Below, one piece after another: positions 62,247-64,000 of a stretch of DNA of 64,000 nucleotides. Position numbers and translations under genes: made by a program. Every line of letters begins with the position of its first letter. Positions within the stretch are counted from its first letter, which is position 1. The notes below the pieces were generated by a model, which ran no database searches, had not been told where the DNA came from, and was given only the letters and a program-made list of their open reading frames with translations. The DNA comes from a virus. The stretch lies in the IMG/VR virus record IMGVR_UViG_3300050343_000268, positions 1-64,000 of that record; one strand, given 5' to 3'.

Positions 62247-62448
62247 TCAGCTTTGTTCATTTAGCTTTTCGGTTAGCCTATCTAATTCAAGAACTTGCTC
62301 AGCATGGTATTTCCTCCATGAGCTTAATGCAAGTTTAAAAGCTTCGACTAGATTGTCGCCATATGCAGGCGCATCATAAGAGGCATCGGCGATAATATCA
62401 GAGAACATTTCTACGTAATGTTCTTTGCTTCCATAATCAATCATCATT
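62247..62448 (-). CDS. Hypothetical protein
   Basis: Likely start MMIDYGSKEHY. Confidence 0.5.
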
Positions 62449-62733
62449 TGTTTCTCCTGTTTTAATTTTTCCGTATAGATTTGGGCGTACATTGCCGTAG
62501 CCAGATCTTATATCTAATACACTACCGTTTTGTGATTTAAGTTTATCGTGGTAGGCATCAAATATGTCAACCTTAGTGTAGCCACGTACAGCGTCATATA
62601 GAGTCTTGCCACCTAATACATACATAACAATGTGTATATCAGTTGGCAAGCCTTTGTCGTCAAATAGATCTGGGTTTATTTCTTGTGCGTGTACTTGGAT
62701 TTTATTTAGTTCTTTAGCTGTAAATTGAAGCAT
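62437..62733 (-). CDS. Cyanophage-type hypothetical protein
   Basis: LPTDIHIV.Y......DAVR...VDIFDAYHD...I.SGYG.VRP.LY. Confidence 0.55.
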   Translation of the reverse strand: MLQFTAKELNKIQVHAQEINPDLFDDKGLPTDIHIVMYVLGGKTLYDAVRGYTKVDIFDAYHDKLKSQNGSVLDIRSGYGNVRPNLYGKIKTGETNDD

Positions 62734-62740
62734 TAATAGC

Positions 62741-63484
62741 TTATGCGTATTGAGGTAGGTTTTGGTTGGCAGTCTCAAAAAACGCCGGCATTCTGCTAGC
62801 TCTAGTGTCTGCTAGTCCAACAGCTTTCCCTGATGTGTAGAGGCTATCCGAACATCCCATCCAGAAGTTTGACGAGAGATGTTTGTGATCAGCTTCCCCT
62901 TTGAGGGATTGAAGAGTCCAAGCAATCGTAGCTCTTCTAAGCTTATCGAGCTCTTTGTCAGTCTTAAGACCGAGCTCTTGGCAGACGATTGTGTTCGCCG
63001 CGACGTGTGTTGTTTCGTCCCGGCTAATATCTGCAGAAGTGGTGCGTAATCCTGTATCTCCGAGGAATCGGAATATGGGCAGGAGCACGAAGAACACAGA
63101 CCGTTCGAGGACGACTGCTTTGAGAACAGGGTGCCTGTCAAGTTCGAGCCACGCCTTAGTAATGCGAGCAGCTTCCTTCTCAAATTGAGCGGGGATCTTA
63201 TGTGCTTCAGCCGCGAAATTAAGGGCAATGTCATGCTTTTCCTCATCTTTTACGTTAGATAACAGCAGCTCTCTACAGCCTTCAGCTTCAGTGCCTTGTG
63301 GCAGCTCGCCTTTCATAGCCTGTGAAATAAAATCTCCAACTGGGATTTCTAGGCTCCGCAAAGACAGTGCTCGTTGCACTGCTTCTTCACCACCAGCTAA
63401 TAGCTGACCAGCAGATACTTGAACTGGGGTCCATGTACGCTTGCGCTGATGAAGGTGGATGTATTTAGTAGCTGCTTTGGTCAT
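62741..63484 (-). CDS. nrdB: Ribonucleotide reductase class I beta subunit (short cyanophage type)
   Basis: Ferritin-like DEEKHD and SRDETTH motifs; lies directly downstream of the alpha subunit. Confidence 0.8.
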   Translation of the reverse strand: MTKAATKYIHLHQRKRTWTPVQVSAGQLLAGGEEAVQRALSLRSLEIPVGDFISQAMKGELPQGTEAEGCRELLLSNVKDEEKHDIALNFAAEAHKIPAQFEKEAARITKAWLELDRHPVLKAVVLERSVFFVLLPIFRFLGDTGLRTTSADISRDETTHVAANTIVCQELGLKTDKELDKLRRATIAWTLQSLKGEADHKHLSSNFWMGCSDSLYTSGKAVGLADTRASRMPAFFETANQNLPQYA

Positions 63485-63502
63485 TTCAATATGTTGTTAG
63501 GT

Positions 63503-64000
63503 TTACTCTGCACAACCCACACACATAGTGGGGTCGCTGAACACGTCGTAATTAGGCGTTGATTCGTCTGTCTCATTAATGTCAGAGAAGTCAAAATCAA
63601 ACTGATCATCTAAGGCAACCATGGCATCATCTTTGGCTTGAGTATTTTGCATTACTTGAAGTGAGTAATACATACTTGTTTGCGGTGATGACAACCACTC
63701 ATCCACAAAATGATCGGTGTAAGTAATTACATCGCTCCATGTGTTGTAGCTGTAGCCGTGACATAGATTTGTACGCATCAGCATTTCCATGATGCCATCG
63801 ACAACTTTTTTATAGACATCCCAACCAACTTGGTCTGCTGTCTCAACGTTGCCGTAGTCGTAATGTTCTACGCCAAATGTGGAGCTGTCCCTATCAACCT
63901 GACGCCCAATCGGTGGTGCGATTTCGGGTGCAGTTGTATAGCCTGCTCGGTCCTTGTAGCGGTATGAGCAAGAAGCTGTCGGTGCAATCGCAAATGCTCG
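63503..64000 (-). CDS. nrdA: Ribonucleotide reductase alpha subunit, C-terminal part (runs off the window)
   Basis: RAFAIAPTASCSY, TSMYY, terminal CVGCAE. Confidence 0.88.
   Translation of the reverse strand, partial: RAFAIAPTASCSYRYKDRAGYTTAPEIAPPIGRQVDRDSSTFGVEHYDYGNVETADQVGWDVYKKVVDGIMEMLMRTNLCHGYSYNTWSDVITYTDHFVDEWLSSPQTSMYYSLQVMQNTQAKDDAMVALDDQFDFDFSDINETDESTPNYDVFSDPTMCVGCAE

Noticed and set aside
50780-63800. Frame breaks in polA, exonuclease, MTase-like gene, primase, ssb, thyX and nrdA
   Set aside because: Single indels inside conserved domains with no recoding signals; treated as sequencing errors.
1-64000. Photosystem genes (psbA/hli), retron or DGR reverse transcriptase, alternative genetic code
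   Set aside because: No such motifs seen; long ORFs translate cleanly in the standard code with all three stops used.

Overview
A 64-kb segment of a dsDNA tailed phage genome, most likely a temperate cyanophage. Host clues are a cyanobacterial group-2-like RpoD sigma factor, NblA-like ORFs, a CpcS/CpeS-type bilin lyase, a glnA-type riboswitch in front of a DUF4278-like gene, and a cyanophage-type class I RNR. The left ~45 kb, mostly on the + strand, holds a structured non-coding leader, many low-complexity putative internal virion proteins, terminase, portal, scaffold, sigma factor, major capsid, head-tail genes, a giant tail fibre and lysis genes. A tyrosine integrase with a tRNA-Ser-like attP follows. 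The right ~15 kb, mostly on the - strand, encodes replication and nucleotide metabolism: split family A polymerase, primase-VapE, exonuclease, SSB, ThyX and RNR. No tape measure or tail tube is recognisable, so the virion is probably podovirus-like. Many core genes carry isolated indels that look like consensus errors. Most interesting signals: (1) two independent A_AAA_AAG-plus-hairpin -1 frameshift sites in lysis-type genes, each opening a start-less downstream frame; (2) four clustered enzyme homologues that all lack their catalytic residues; (3) a ~450-nt highly base-paired non-coding leader and a ~115-bp inverted repeat whose copies lie 45 kb apart; (4) a recurring R-[MFLK]-A-G motif in unrelated virion-like proteins; (5) a 518-nt portal/scaffold dual-coding overlap; (6) near gene-by-gene -10 promoters. 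All family assignments come from motif recognition by eye; no searches were run.
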